Part shown: positions 14,756 to 23,157 of the stretch, piece after piece
How the letters are laid out: each line of letters begins with the position of its first letter
Position numbering within the stretch: position 1 is the first letter of the stretch
Virus record (IMG/VR): IMGVR_UViG_3300042972_000030
Span: 1-31,902 of that record
Length of the DNA stretch: 31,902 nt
Strand: one strand, 5' to 3'
Origin: a virus
Lineage: Duplodnaviria > Caudoviricetes
Made by a program: the position numbers and the translations under genes
Notes under the pieces: generated by a model
The model's input: the letters and a program-made list of their open reading frames with translations, nothing else
What the model was told of the DNA's origin: nothing
The model's database searches: none

Positions 14756-15233
14756 TCCGGCGTCCGGTGGACGCATGTTCTGGTTCGACAAGAAGGATGA
14801 CCGTGTGCTGTTCGGTGATGTCCGTGACGAGTCCTGGGAGCTGTGCGATGGACGTCGCTTCGATGTGAAGCCCGACCGGTTGATGGACTACAGGGAACTG
14901 CCGTTCCCCAACGCCTCGTTCCGCATGGTGGTGTTGGACCCGCCGCATTTGGAGAACGTTGGTGCCACCTCGTACATGGCTAAAAAGTACGGGGCTCTCG
15001 ACCGGGAGACATGGCAGGACGATTTGCGGCGCATGTTCCTCGAATGCTTCCGGGTGCTGATGCCTTACGGGGTGCTGGTCTTCAAGTGGAACGAGACACA
15101 GATCCCGTTGAGGCGCATCCTGACCTGCACTGATGAAGCTCCGTTGTTCGGCAACAAGCAGCCCAAGCAGACCGGGACACATTGGATCGTATGGATGAAA
15201 GGAGGTGGTGGTGATGACGTGGTTCAAGGTTGA
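14730..15233 (+). CDS. Orphan SAM-dependent (amino-)methyltransferase
   Basis: VLDPASGGRMFWFDK SAM-binding motif; catalytic-like DPPH; FRVL..GVLVFKW. Confidence 0.85.
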   Translation: MVALQPVLDPASGGRMFWFDKKDDRVLFGDVRDESWELCDGRRFDVKPDRLMDYRELPFPNASFRMVVLDPPHLENVGATSYMAKKYGALDRETWQDDLRRMFLECFRVLMPYGVLVFKWNETQIPLRRILTCTDEAPLFGNKQPKQTGTHWIVWMKGGGGDDVVQG

Positions 15234-16047
15234 TGATGGGTTTTACCGGAATGCGAAGACGGCGATGCTGTCGGATGCGGCGACGGCTTTGTGGTTGCGT
15301 GCGGCGACTTGGGCGTGCGACCAGTTGACCGATGGGTTCGTTCCCGAACGTATCCTGCCGATGCTGCGCCGTGGCGAGGGTATGGAGCAGGAGCTCGTGG
15401 ACGCGGGATTGTGGGAGCGTCTTGACGGCGGTTTCCTGTTTCATGACTGGCTGGATTACCAGCCCAGCGCCGATGAGGTGGAGGCGTTGCGGCAGAAGCG
15501 TTCCGAAGCAGGACGACGCGGCGGGAAACTGTCTGCAAAAGCTCGCTCTCGAGCAAATGTTGAAGCAAGTGCTCAAGCAAAACCGAAGCAAACGGGAAGC
15601 AAAAGTGAAGCAAAGTTCAACCCCGTCTCCGTCTCCGTACCCGTATCTAATACTTACGTATTAGATAGTGTCGCGGATGAGAATCCCGAAGCGGTTTCCC
15701 TCTGCAAACACCTCGCCGATCTCATCGAGGCGAACGGTTCGAAACGACCCTCGATCAGCAAACAATGGAAGGACGCGGCGAGACTGCTGCTCGACGCCGA
15801 TCACCGTGATCCCGTCGAAGCGCACCGGCTCATCGAATGGTGCCAGCATGACCCGTTCTGGATCCCCAACATCATGAGCATGCCCAAGTTCCGCAAGAAA
15901 TACGACACGCTCCGTCTACAGGCCGAACGATCCAACCCACGTTCCAAAGCCCAGCAGAACCAGGATATGAACGAGCAGATGGTCCGCAGATACGCCCAGG
16001 ACGCGCGGAACGCCAGACAGGCCGAACAGTTGAGGTTGGGGGCATGA
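15214..16047 (+). CDS. Phage replication initiator
   Basis: MTWFKVDDGF..LTDGFVP..FHDWLDYQ N-terminal domain; repeat-rich linker; C-terminal DPFW..NIMSMPKFRKKYDTL. Confidence 0.82.
   Translation: MTWFKVDDGFYRNAKTAMLSDAATALWLRAATWACDQLTDGFVPERILPMLRRGEGMEQELVDAGLWERLDGGFLFHDWLDYQPSADEVEALRQKRSEAGRRGGKLSAKARSRANVEASAQAKPKQTGSKSEAKFNPVSVSVPVSNTYVLDSVADENPEAVSLCKHLADLIEANGSKRPSISKQWKDAARLLLDADHRDPVEAHRLIEWCQHDPFWIPNIMSMPKFRKKYDTLRLQAERSNPRSKAQQNQDMNEQMVRRYAQDARNARQAEQLRLGA
15551..15667. repeat. Iteron-like repeats plus AT-rich inverted repeat (putative origin)
   Basis: AAGCAA at 15563, 15575, 15586, 15597, 15608 (11-12 bp period); TATCTAATAC-TTAC-GTATTAGATA at 15644-15667. Confidence 0.7.
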
Positions 16048-16574
16048 CCATGAACAACGACTACTGGGATACCGCCAGCGGCAAGCAGCGTCTCGCCGAC
16101 GCCAGCCTCCTGCTCACGAAGATCGGTGCCCACCACGGCAACGCCGTCCCCTCGGACCTGCAGGTACGCACCTTCGCTGAGGAGCTCGCCGACGACTACA
16201 CCCTCGCCGACGCGTTCGAAGCGATACGCCAGTTCTACATGGCCAACGACAAGAGCAAGTGGATGGGATCCGCACACGTGAACTCGGGCATGCGCACGCT
16301 ACGCAGGAAACGCATCCCCGAAGAAGCAGGGATCGAGACCTTGATCGAACGGTCTGGCATTGACGAGCAGCACATGCTCGTCTACCGGCGTGACCTCATC
16401 AACGGCATCAAACACGGCTACACCGTCGAACAGGCGCACGCCAGGGCCGTCAGCCACGCGAACAGCCTCGTCATCGAAGCCCCACCCGCCAAACCCCGCA
16501 AACCCCGGCAATACCATTTCGCGGGCCGATTGGACCGTATGAACCTGAACGACGTGATAGGAGAAACATCATGA
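16044..16574 (+). CDS. Putative helicase loader/inhibitor-like protein
   Basis: Directly after the initiator; helical pattern (YTLADAFEAIRQFY..WM..AHV). Function is inferred from position. Confidence 0.55.
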   Translation: MTMNNDYWDTASGKQRLADASLLLTKIGAHHGNAVPSDLQVRTFAEELADDYTLADAFEAIRQFYMANDKSKWMGSAHVNSGMRTLRRKRIPEEAGIETLIERSGIDEQHMLVYRRDLINGIKHGYTVEQAHARAVSHANSLVIEAPPAKPRKPRQYHFAGRLDRMNLNDVIGETS

Positions 16575-16717
16575 GGCGTAAAGCCAAACACGAGCTGATC
16601 GCACGCTACATCAACCTCGGCATGAACGACGAGGACATCCGCAAAAACGTGTACTGCACCCAACACGAAATACAAAGCGTCAGGGACATGCTCAACGACA
16701 AGGGGCCAACATGGTAA
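16571..16717 (+). CDS. 48-aa HTH-like protein (not in ORF track)
   Basis: ATGA coupling, GGAG SD; MRRKAKHELIARYINLGMNDEDIRKNVYCTQHEIQSVRD. Confidence 0.55.
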   Translation: MRRKAKHELIARYINLGMNDEDIRKNVYCTQHEIQSVRDMLNDKGPTW

Positions 16718-17463
16718 GCGCCATCGTCGGCTGCCAGGTATGCGGCGCGAAAACCGCAGGAGGCAGGATATGTGGCAGTTGCACGACCGGGCTGGCGCAC
16801 ACCCTGCGTCATCTGGCCGCACGCCTGCCAGACCTGCGTATCGTCGCCGCGAAGAAGGCTACGGTCATGGCACGAGAGCAAGGCCACGGGTCACGTACCG
16901 TCGCCCCGATCCCGTTGAACGCGGGAGCCTGGCAGTTGCAGCAAAGCATCGAAAAATACGCCGTCACCCTCGCCGGAGTGCTCACGCTCCCATATCGGAA
17001 ACTCCCCGCCGAAAGCCTGTTGAAAGGCGCAGCATCACGCACACCAGCATTGATGCAACGCAGGGACGCGGCCAGCATCCACACGTTGGCTTCGATCGCC
17101 AGCAGACGCCTCGACCGACAGTTGGAGCCACCACAATCACGGATCCTCATCGGACAATGCCCATACTGTGGTGACGACGTATGGAGCAGCGAAGACGACC
17201 TCGCCGCAGGCTGGCAGCCATGCCACTGCGGACAAACCATCAACATCCCATCAGTCCAAGAACAGAGAATATTCAAACTCGCCATCTCCGACGCGCAAGG
17301 CACCGCGGCAGCATTAAGCAAACTGTTGAAAAACTGCGGTGTTGATGTCAAGCGGAAAACGATCAACGAATGGAGACGACGCCAGGTATTGAAGCCGGTC
17401 GGACATCAGGACGGCAACCCCGTGTACCTGCTCTGGGACGTTTGGGCAGCGGCAAACCGGTAA
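16711..17463 (+). CDS. Zinc-finger/HTH protein, probable late transcription regulator
   Basis: CQVC/CGSC, CPYC/CHC and C-terminal HTH (VKRKTINEWRRR..PVYLLWDV); last early gene before the late promoter. Confidence 0.7.
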   Translation: MVSAIVGCQVCGAKTAGGRICGSCTTGLAHTLRHLAARLPDLRIVAAKKATVMAREQGHGSRTVAPIPLNAGAWQLQQSIEKYAVTLAGVLTLPYRKLPAESLLKGAASRTPALMQRRDAASIHTLASIASRRLDRQLEPPQSRILIGQCPYCGDDVWSSEDDLAAGWQPCHCGQTINIPSVQEQRIFKLAISDAQGTAAALSKLLKNCGVDVKRKTINEWRRRQVLKPVGHQDGNPVYLLWDVWAAANR

Positions 17464-17505
17464 CTGTGGCCAATATTTGCATTCACCAACTGTGGCCAGC
17501 ATGAT
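17462..17505 (+). promoter_or_regulatory. Putative late promoter with 11-bp direct repeats
   Basis: TTGCAT(17477)-17 bp-CATGAT(17500); AACTGTGGCCA at 17462 and 17488. Confidence 0.6.
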
Positions 17506-17667
17506 AGATACGATTGATTATTTTCATATGCGGGGCTCGGATAACACCGGGCCCTTAGCATACCTGCACGTAGACACGCTCCGGTGCGCTAGGACGTTTC
17601 GGGTACCGGTCGAGCCTATAAGTCGACCAACCATTCTTGTGCCGTCAAATAGCGGCGTCAACAATCC

Positions 17668-17738
17668 ATGTCGGTCGCACGGTACGATGACGGTCTCCAA
17701 AACCGTCAGACTTGGCTCGACTCCAAGCCGATATACCA
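17668..17738 (+). tRNA. tRNA-Trp(CCA), atypical or degenerate
   Basis: Acceptor ATGTCGG/CCGATAT + A + CCA; anticodon arm ACGGT-CTCCAAA-ACCGT; T-arm CTTGG-CTCGACT-CCAAG; shortened D region. Confidence 0.7.
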
Positions 17739-17803
17739 AACCCCGGTGGCCTTTACACCTTTCACCACCAGGCACCACACTTTCAAACAATGGAGGCAAT
17801 ACG

Positions 17804-18025
17804 ATGATGGCACCGCACACCGAGATAGAACTATCCATCACCGCCCCCGAAAGCGACGATGAACTGCTGTGCAGCTTCCGAGTCAAAGTGCCCGTGCGCA
17901 TCAAACCCACCAGCGAGAACGTCCACCAATACCACTCAGTCGAACTGTGCGTAGACCAGACCAGCCTGCAACATCGCTTCCAAAGAGCCGCTCAAGCCTT
18001 CATGGATGCATTCGAAAAAGAGTAA
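17804..18025 (+). CDS. Hypothetical protein
   Basis: GGAGG SD before ATG 17804; the upstream extension in the track overlaps the promoter and tRNA. Confidence 0.65.
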   Translation: MMAPHTEIELSITAPESDDELLCSFRVKVPVRIKPTSENVHQYHSVELCVDQTSLQHRFQRAAQAFMDAFEKE

Positions 18026-18073
18026 ACACTTGCCCTGCCTCGCCATAATCCAAGCGCAGACGAGAGCAGGGCA
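18023..18073. repeat. Hairpin repeat copy 1
   Basis: TAAACACTTGCCCTGCCTCGCCA...GCAGACGAGAGCAGGGCA. Confidence 0.85.
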
Positions 18074-18095
18074 CCAATCACCACGGAGGCACACG

Positions 18096-18320
18096 ATGAG
18101 CGAAGAGGAAGCAGAAGCCTTCCGCGAGAAGATTCGCAAAGCCCTCGAACCCGTCCTGCAATACGGCACACCATTCGCCTTCGTATGCGACACCACACCA
18201 CTCGAGGAAATCAACAGCGACGGCAACGGACACATCAGCTGGGTATCACCACCAGCCCAAGCACCATACGTCACCGTCGGACTATTCAGCATGGGTGCAG
18301 ACTGCTTCACCATCAAATAA
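18096..18320 (+). CDS. Hypothetical protein between the hairpin repeats
   Basis: GGAGG SD, ATG 18096, 74 aa. Confidence 0.65.
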   Translation: MSEEEAEAFREKIRKALEPVLQYGTPFAFVCDTTPLEEINSDGNGHISWVSPPAQAPYVTVGLFSMGADCFTIK

Positions 18321-18378
18321 TAAACACTTGCCCTGCCTCGCCACAACATTCAAAGCCACGGCAGACGAGAGCAGGGCA
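18321..18378. repeat. Hairpin repeat copy 2
   Basis: Same 23-bp left arm and 18-bp right arm as copy 1, different loop. Confidence 0.85.
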
Positions 18379-18412
18379 TTCATATTTTCGAACGAACGTG
18401 TAACCGAAACGG

Positions 18413-18850
18413 ATGGTGGGCGACATGATGGCAAGAGGAACGGAAACGGGCAAGCTCCAATGGCCCTGGAATGTGCAGCGCATCGCGTCTCCGCTGACTG
18501 TGAAGGTGCAGCGAGTGGAACTCTGTGGCACTGAACGCGAGTCTTTCTTCAAAGCGGTGAGCAGTAGTTACGAACCCGCTCTCGATTTTGAGCGTGGCAA
18601 CACGGTGTTCACCGATGGTGAGTACCTCTATGGGTATGTCATCGCATTAGATGGCGAAGGCCGACAGATCATAGACGACGCCATGAAAACACTGGTGTCG
18701 TACTTCACGCAGGTGCTGATACCTCCGTTGTTCCTCGACCGTCACGAAGGTGATCCGTACACCAGGTACATCCCCGCGCCCCTGATAGAAGACACCAGTC
18801 ACCCGCTCTTCCCCAACCATGCAGGAACGCTCCCTGCATGGCCCAGGTGA
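18413..18850 (+). CDS. Hypothetical protein
   Basis: 145-aa ORF in the late operon orientation; start uncertain. Confidence 0.55.
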   Translation: MVGDMMARGTETGKLQWPWNVQRIASPLTVKVQRVELCGTERESFFKAVSSSYEPALDFERGNTVFTDGEYLYGYVIALDGEGRQIIDDAMKTLVSYFTQVLIPPLFLDRHEGDPYTRYIPAPLIEDTSHPLFPNHAGTLPAWPR

Positions 18851-18856
18851 TACCCC

Positions 18857-19240
18857 ATGCCATGGAAAGTATGCAGCACTGCAGGATGCGCGAACCTCAT
18901 CGATCATGGAAGCAAGTGCGACAGGTGCAAGGCCGCCCGAGATGCACAGCGCAGGCCCACAGGCAACCCATACAACAGCAGAGGGCACCAATGGTTCAGG
19001 CACCAAGTACTAGCCCGAGACCCACGATGCGTATGCACCGGCCAATGCGGACAGCATGAAGGCATGTGCGGGAAACCAAGCACAATAGCAGACCACTACC
19101 CAACAGAACGAGTAGACCTAATCGCACAAGGGCTCAACCCGAACAACCCAGCCTACGGTCGAGGAATCTGCAAAGCATGCCACGACAGCAAAACAGCACG
19201 CAGCAAGCCCGCAGGATTCAACGACCAAACCAAACATTAA
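18857..19240 (+). CDS. Packaging-associated HNH endonuclease (HK97 gp74-like)
   Basis: CSTAGC zinc knuckle; VLARDPRC..IADH..GRGICKACHDSKT; directly upstream of terS. Confidence 0.85.
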   Translation: MPWKVCSTAGCANLIDHGSKCDRCKAARDAQRRPTGNPYNSRGHQWFRHQVLARDPRCVCTGQCGQHEGMCGKPSTIADHYPTERVDLIAQGLNPNNPAYGRGICKACHDSKTARSKPAGFNDQTKH

Positions 19241-19385
19241 GCAAGGTAAAGCGCAATGAAATGGCATTCCTGTGACCCGAAACACCCCAGGGGGGATGGG
19301 GTAAACGGTGAGCCATGAAAGACCGCCGGACAGAGCAAAAAAAGGCGCGGCATAATCAAAAGTTTTTCCGCGGGAGGTGGTTGGC

Positions 19386-19904
19386 GTGGTTTCCGGAGGG
19401 TTCAGGGCTGCGGCAGGTCGCAAACCGGATCCGCTTTCTGGGCGCTCGGAACGAGGAGGATATTCTCTCTCCGCATTGCCCAATAGGGGGTTTCAGGGCA
19501 AGACGCCAAAGTTCCCGTTGGGGAAATACGAAGTGTTCTATGTGGATGGTGACGGTGAGCGGGGCTATGACGATAAGGCCACTGCCCAGTTTGCGAAGCG
19601 TGAGAGAACGATATGGAGAACCTTGTGGCATACCCCTCAGGCGTGCGCGTGGTCACTGCCTGAATATGCGTATCTGATCTTTGATATTGCCTTGTATTGC
19701 CGTCAACTGGTGATTTGCGAGTCGTCGGACGCTAAGGCGGCGGACAGGGGCCTGCTCCCTCGTTATGCGGATCGGATCGGGTTGTCTGCATCTGGGCTTG
19801 CAGCGTTGGGTTGGAAGATCGTTCCGGATGAGGTTTCGATGAAGCGTATGGAGGTTCAGGCTGAGGATGAGACGGAGGTGCAGCCGCGTCGTTTGAGGGG
19901 CTAG
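19386..19904 (+). CDS. terS: Terminase small subunit
   Basis: SGGFRAAAGRKPDP N-terminus; LWHTPQACAW..RIGLS..GLAALGW; GGAGG SD favours GTG 19386. Confidence 0.8.
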   Translation: MVSGGFRAAAGRKPDPLSGRSERGGYSLSALPNRGFQGKTPKFPLGKYEVFYVDGDGERGYDDKATAQFAKRERTIWRTLWHTPQACAWSLPEYAYLIFDIALYCRQLVICESSDAKAADRGLLPRYADRIGLSASGLAALGWKIVPDEVSMKRMEVQAEDETEVQPRRLRG

Positions 19905-19907
19905 GTT

Positions 19908-21026
19908 ATGGACACGGATTTTCGCGTTGACTTCCCGACGTTGGGTGATCTGATAGACGCTTGGATCGCGCGGCACTGCAGACAGCCTGACGGTCCTCTA
20001 CGTGGTAAGCCATTCCACCTGTCAGACTGGCAGTTCTGGGTGGCTGCGAATCGTTGGCGGATAAGAGACAATGCTCGTTTTGTGCCTGCAGCCGAGGTCA
20101 CCGTCGATAACCCGATGGTCTTGAACCAGGCGTTTGTCTACCGGCAGACGCTCACTGCTGCGCCGCAGAAGACCGGTAAGGGCCCATGCACCGCGTCATT
20201 CGTGGCGGCTGAGGCCTGTGGGCCTGTGGTGTTCGATGGGTGGGCCAAGGCAGGCGATGTCTATCGGTGCTCGGAGAACGGGTGCTCATGCGGCTGGTCT
20301 TACCGATATAACCCTGGCGAACCCAAAGGCAGGAGACATCCGTCGCCGTTGATCCAGATGACCGCGAACAGTGAGGATCAGGTCGAGAACATGTACCGGC
20401 CATTGAAGGCGATGATCCTTCTTGGTCCTCTCAAGGGGATGTTGAAGGTGCGTGAGGGTTTTATCCGCATCATTCAGCCGGGTGCCGATGAAACTGTTGC
20501 TGATTTGGATCTTGACCGCATCGATATCGTCACGTCCTCGGCACGATCACGATTGGGCAACCCCATTACCGATGCCGAGCAGGATGAAGCCGGATTGTAT
20601 ACGAAAACCAATGGAATGATCAACGTGGCAGACACGCAGCGCCGTGGGGCCGCAGGTATGGGAGGTCGTACACATGCCTGGACGAACGCCTGGGACCCCA
20701 CGGAAAACAGCTACGCGCAAAGGGTCTACGAATCGGGGTCGGAAGACATCTTCGTGTTCTACCGGAACCCAGACCTCGACACCAGTCTCAGAAGCAAGGA
20801 CGGCACGCCGTTCTCGTTCCAAAGGAAAAGCGAACGACGGAAAATCCTCCAATGGGTTTACTCAGGAAGCCCCTGGGTGGACCTTGAATCTATTGAGGCG
20901 GAGGCATCGGAGATGATGAAAACAGATCCGGCGCAAGCCGAACGATTCTTCGGTAACCGACTGGTGCAAGGTGCAGGGGCGTGGCTTGCCGATGGACTGT
21001 GGCAGGCCGCTTATGCAGGCGCATGA
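19908..21026 (+). CDS. terL: Terminase large subunit, N-terminal ATPase part
   Basis: LSDWQ Q-motif, Walker A PQKTGKG, Walker B AEQDE, coupling TNA. Confidence 0.88.
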   Translation: MDTDFRVDFPTLGDLIDAWIARHCRQPDGPLRGKPFHLSDWQFWVAANRWRIRDNARFVPAAEVTVDNPMVLNQAFVYRQTLTAAPQKTGKGPCTASFVAAEACGPVVFDGWAKAGDVYRCSENGCSCGWSYRYNPGEPKGRRHPSPLIQMTANSEDQVENMYRPLKAMILLGPLKGMLKVREGFIRIIQPGADETVADLDLDRIDIVTSSARSRLGNPITDAEQDEAGLYTKTNGMINVADTQRRGAAGMGGRTHAWTNAWDPTENSYAQRVYESGSEDIFVFYRNPDLDTSLRSKDGTPFSFQRKSERRKILQWVYSGSPWVDLESIEAEASEMMKTDPAQAERFFGNRLVQGAGAWLADGLWQAAYAGA

Positions 21027-21663
21027 ACTGTGGATAGCGAATCCACAGGACGGTAGCCGCATCTGCGCGGGATTTGATGGCAGTGAGAATGATGATTGGA
21101 CCTGTATCAAATGCGAAACCGTGGACGGTCTCATCTTCACACCCAGATATGGTCCTGACAGGCGTCCGACTATTTGGAATCCAGCAGAGTGGGGAGGCCG
21201 TATTCCGCGCAGCGAGGTCAATGCCGCTTGGGATGAGCTCAACCGCAGATACAAGATAGAGCGCGCATACTGCGATCCGGGTTTCCGTGACGAGGTGTCG
21301 TGGGAATCACAGATCGAGGAATGGGACCAGTTGTACGGCCCGAAGAGGTTCATCCCGTGGGTGATGAGCGGCAACAGCCGTGTGAATGCGGTGTATGAGG
21401 CTTTACGCCGTTTCGAATCCGATTTGGAGCAGCATCACCTTACGCAGGACGGCTGTCCGATCACACTGACTCATATGGGCAACGCTCGGAAGATCGCGAA
21501 GCCAGGAGACCGATACGGTCTTGGCAAACCTCAGCAGGACAGGAAGATCGATGCCGCTGTTACCACGATCCTCGCCCACGAGGCCGCCTGCGACGCTCGC
21601 GCCGCTGGCTGGGGCAAAGTCCAACACAACTTCATTCTTACAGCCAGTTCCACTAGGAGGTAG
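21013..21663 (+). CDS. terL: Terminase large subunit, C-terminal nuclease part (separate frame)
   Basis: ICAGFDGSENDDWT, YCDP, RKIDAAVT RNase H-like nuclease motifs. Confidence 0.85.
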   Translation: MQAHELWIANPQDGSRICAGFDGSENDDWTCIKCETVDGLIFTPRYGPDRRPTIWNPAEWGGRIPRSEVNAAWDELNRRYKIERAYCDPGFRDEVSWESQIEEWDQLYGPKRFIPWVMSGNSRVNAVYEALRRFESDLEQHHLTQDGCPITLTHMGNARKIAKPGDRYGLGKPQQDRKIDAAVTTILAHEAACDARAAGWGKVQHNFILTASSTRR

Positions 21664-21666
21664 AAA

Positions 21667-23157
21667 ATGGCGCGTACTGCTGAACAGATAAACGCCGACG
21701 TGAATCTCCTGGCACGAAAGATCATGTTCCGCCGTCCTGATATCGAGAAACACGTTGGGTATTACAAAGGGCGCAGGGGGAAGCTGAATTTCGCTTCGGA
21801 AGAGTTCAAGATGTACATGAAGGAACGGTTCTCGGATTTCAGCGACAACTGGTGTGCGCCTGTCGCGCAGGCACCGGTGGAGCGCATCCATTTCCAAGGG
21901 TTTAAGGGATTGGATGGAATTGATGTCCCCTCATCGGTGCAACGCCGGTGGTCGGATAGTGATGCAGACAGGGGCTTGGCAGAAGCCGCTTTGATGATGA
22001 CCATCGCACGAAGGTCATATGGTCTGGTGACTGAGAAGCCCGACGGCAAGGCGCGGATCAGTTTCGAGCACCCGGATTCCGCCGCTGTACTCTACGATGC
22101 GAGGACTGGCATTGTCAGGGCTGGTTTGGTGTTGGTGCAGGATGATGTCGAGGAATTCGGCACCCTCATGTATCCCGATGCGGTGTTCCAGGTGAAACGC
22201 AAACGTCCCGTTTCGAGCATGGAGACGCAGCGTCTTCCGCCATCTGCGGACGGGTGGACGTTCCTTCCTGAATCGTTCGCTCCCAACCCATTGGGCGCGG
22301 TGCCTCTGGTCGAATTCCGAAACCAAAGCCTCCTTGATATGAATCCGCAATCGGATATCGAACCAGTCGAGTCGATGCAAGACGCCGTGAACGTGGTCTG
22401 GTCCTACCTGTTGAACGCATTGGATATGGCCTCGCTGCCCGCGAGGGTCATCATCGGAGGTGACAAGCTGGAAGAGCCGGTCTTGGACAAGAATGGAGCC
22501 CAGATCGGTACACGACCCGCCGAGTTGGACAAGACAGTCATGGATCGTATCACCCAGATAACCGGGGATGCGTCGATCGGCGAATGGACCGCGGCAAATC
22601 TTGAGGTCTTCAATCCGGTCATCGAGAAGGCTGTTGAGCACATCGCCGCTGAAACCCGCACGCCTGGTCATTACCTGCTGACCAATGCCGAAGTGCCCGC
22701 CACTGGATATGAGGTTGCCGAGGCTGGATTGGTGTCGAAGACCGTTGACCGCATCCGCTATCTGCGCTCAGGTATCAGGGAGATATCACGTCTCGCGGCG
22801 TTGACAGAAGGTGACGACCAGGCGGCAAAGGCCGTCGCTAACGCTGATGTGGTATTCGCGAGCCCACAATACCGGTCTCAGGCTGTGATGACGCAGGGCA
22901 TGCTGCAGATGCGGCAGGCGGGGTTCCCCTTGGAGTTTCTGCTCGAATGGTTCGGCCTGCCGCCCGATGAGGTTAAACGGGTCATGGATATGAAACGCCA
23001 AGAGGATGCCGACCCTGAGTTGGCGGCCATTGCGAAGTCGATTGGGGTTTCTAATGGATACGACGACTCTGGATCGCAGCAGTCGAAGCCTGGCGGTTCA
23101 GGAGACGCTGGCGCTGAGATTGGCGAAAAGAACGTGGCGGCAAATCAACCCGGATAG
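21667..23157 (+). CDS. Portal protein (SPP1 gp6-like)
   Basis: YYKG..NWCAPVA..NPLGAVPLVEFRN..SDIEPV..QDAVN; position after terminase. Confidence 0.9.
   Translation: MARTAEQINADVNLLARKIMFRRPDIEKHVGYYKGRRGKLNFASEEFKMYMKERFSDFSDNWCAPVAQAPVERIHFQGFKGLDGIDVPSSVQRRWSDSDADRGLAEAALMMTIARRSYGLVTEKPDGKARISFEHPDSAAVLYDARTGIVRAGLVLVQDDVEEFGTLMYPDAVFQVKRKRPVSSMETQRLPPSADGWTFLPESFAPNPLGAVPLVEFRNQSLLDMNPQSDIEPVESMQDAVNVVWSYLLNALDMASLPARVIIGGDKLEEPVLDKNGAQIGTRPAELDKTVMDRITQITGDASIGEWTAANLEVFNPVIEKAVEHIAAETRTPGHYLLTNAEVPATGYEVAEAGLVSKTVDRIRYLRSGIREISRLAALTEGDDQAAKAVANADVVFASPQYRSQAVMTQGMLQMRQAGFPLEFLLEWFGLPPDEVKRVMDMKRQEDADPELAAIAKSIGVSNGYDDSGSQQSKPGGSGDAGAEIGEKNVAANQPG

Noticed and set aside
17668-17738. 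tRNA as the prophage attachment site
   Set aside because: It lies mid-genome in the late leader, far from int, with no duplicated 3' end seen in the window.
17477-17803. N-terminal extension of ORF 17477..18025
   Set aside because: Overlaps the promoter, hairpins and tRNA; a good SD lies before ATG 17804.
18023-18378. Mini CRISPR array
   Set aside because: Only two copies, ~250 bp apart with a gene between, variable internal loop, and no cas genes.
23054-23157. 104-nt portal/minor-head overlap as a special dual-coding system
   Set aside because: The portal tail in the overlap is low-complexity; such overlaps are unremarkable in phage head operons.
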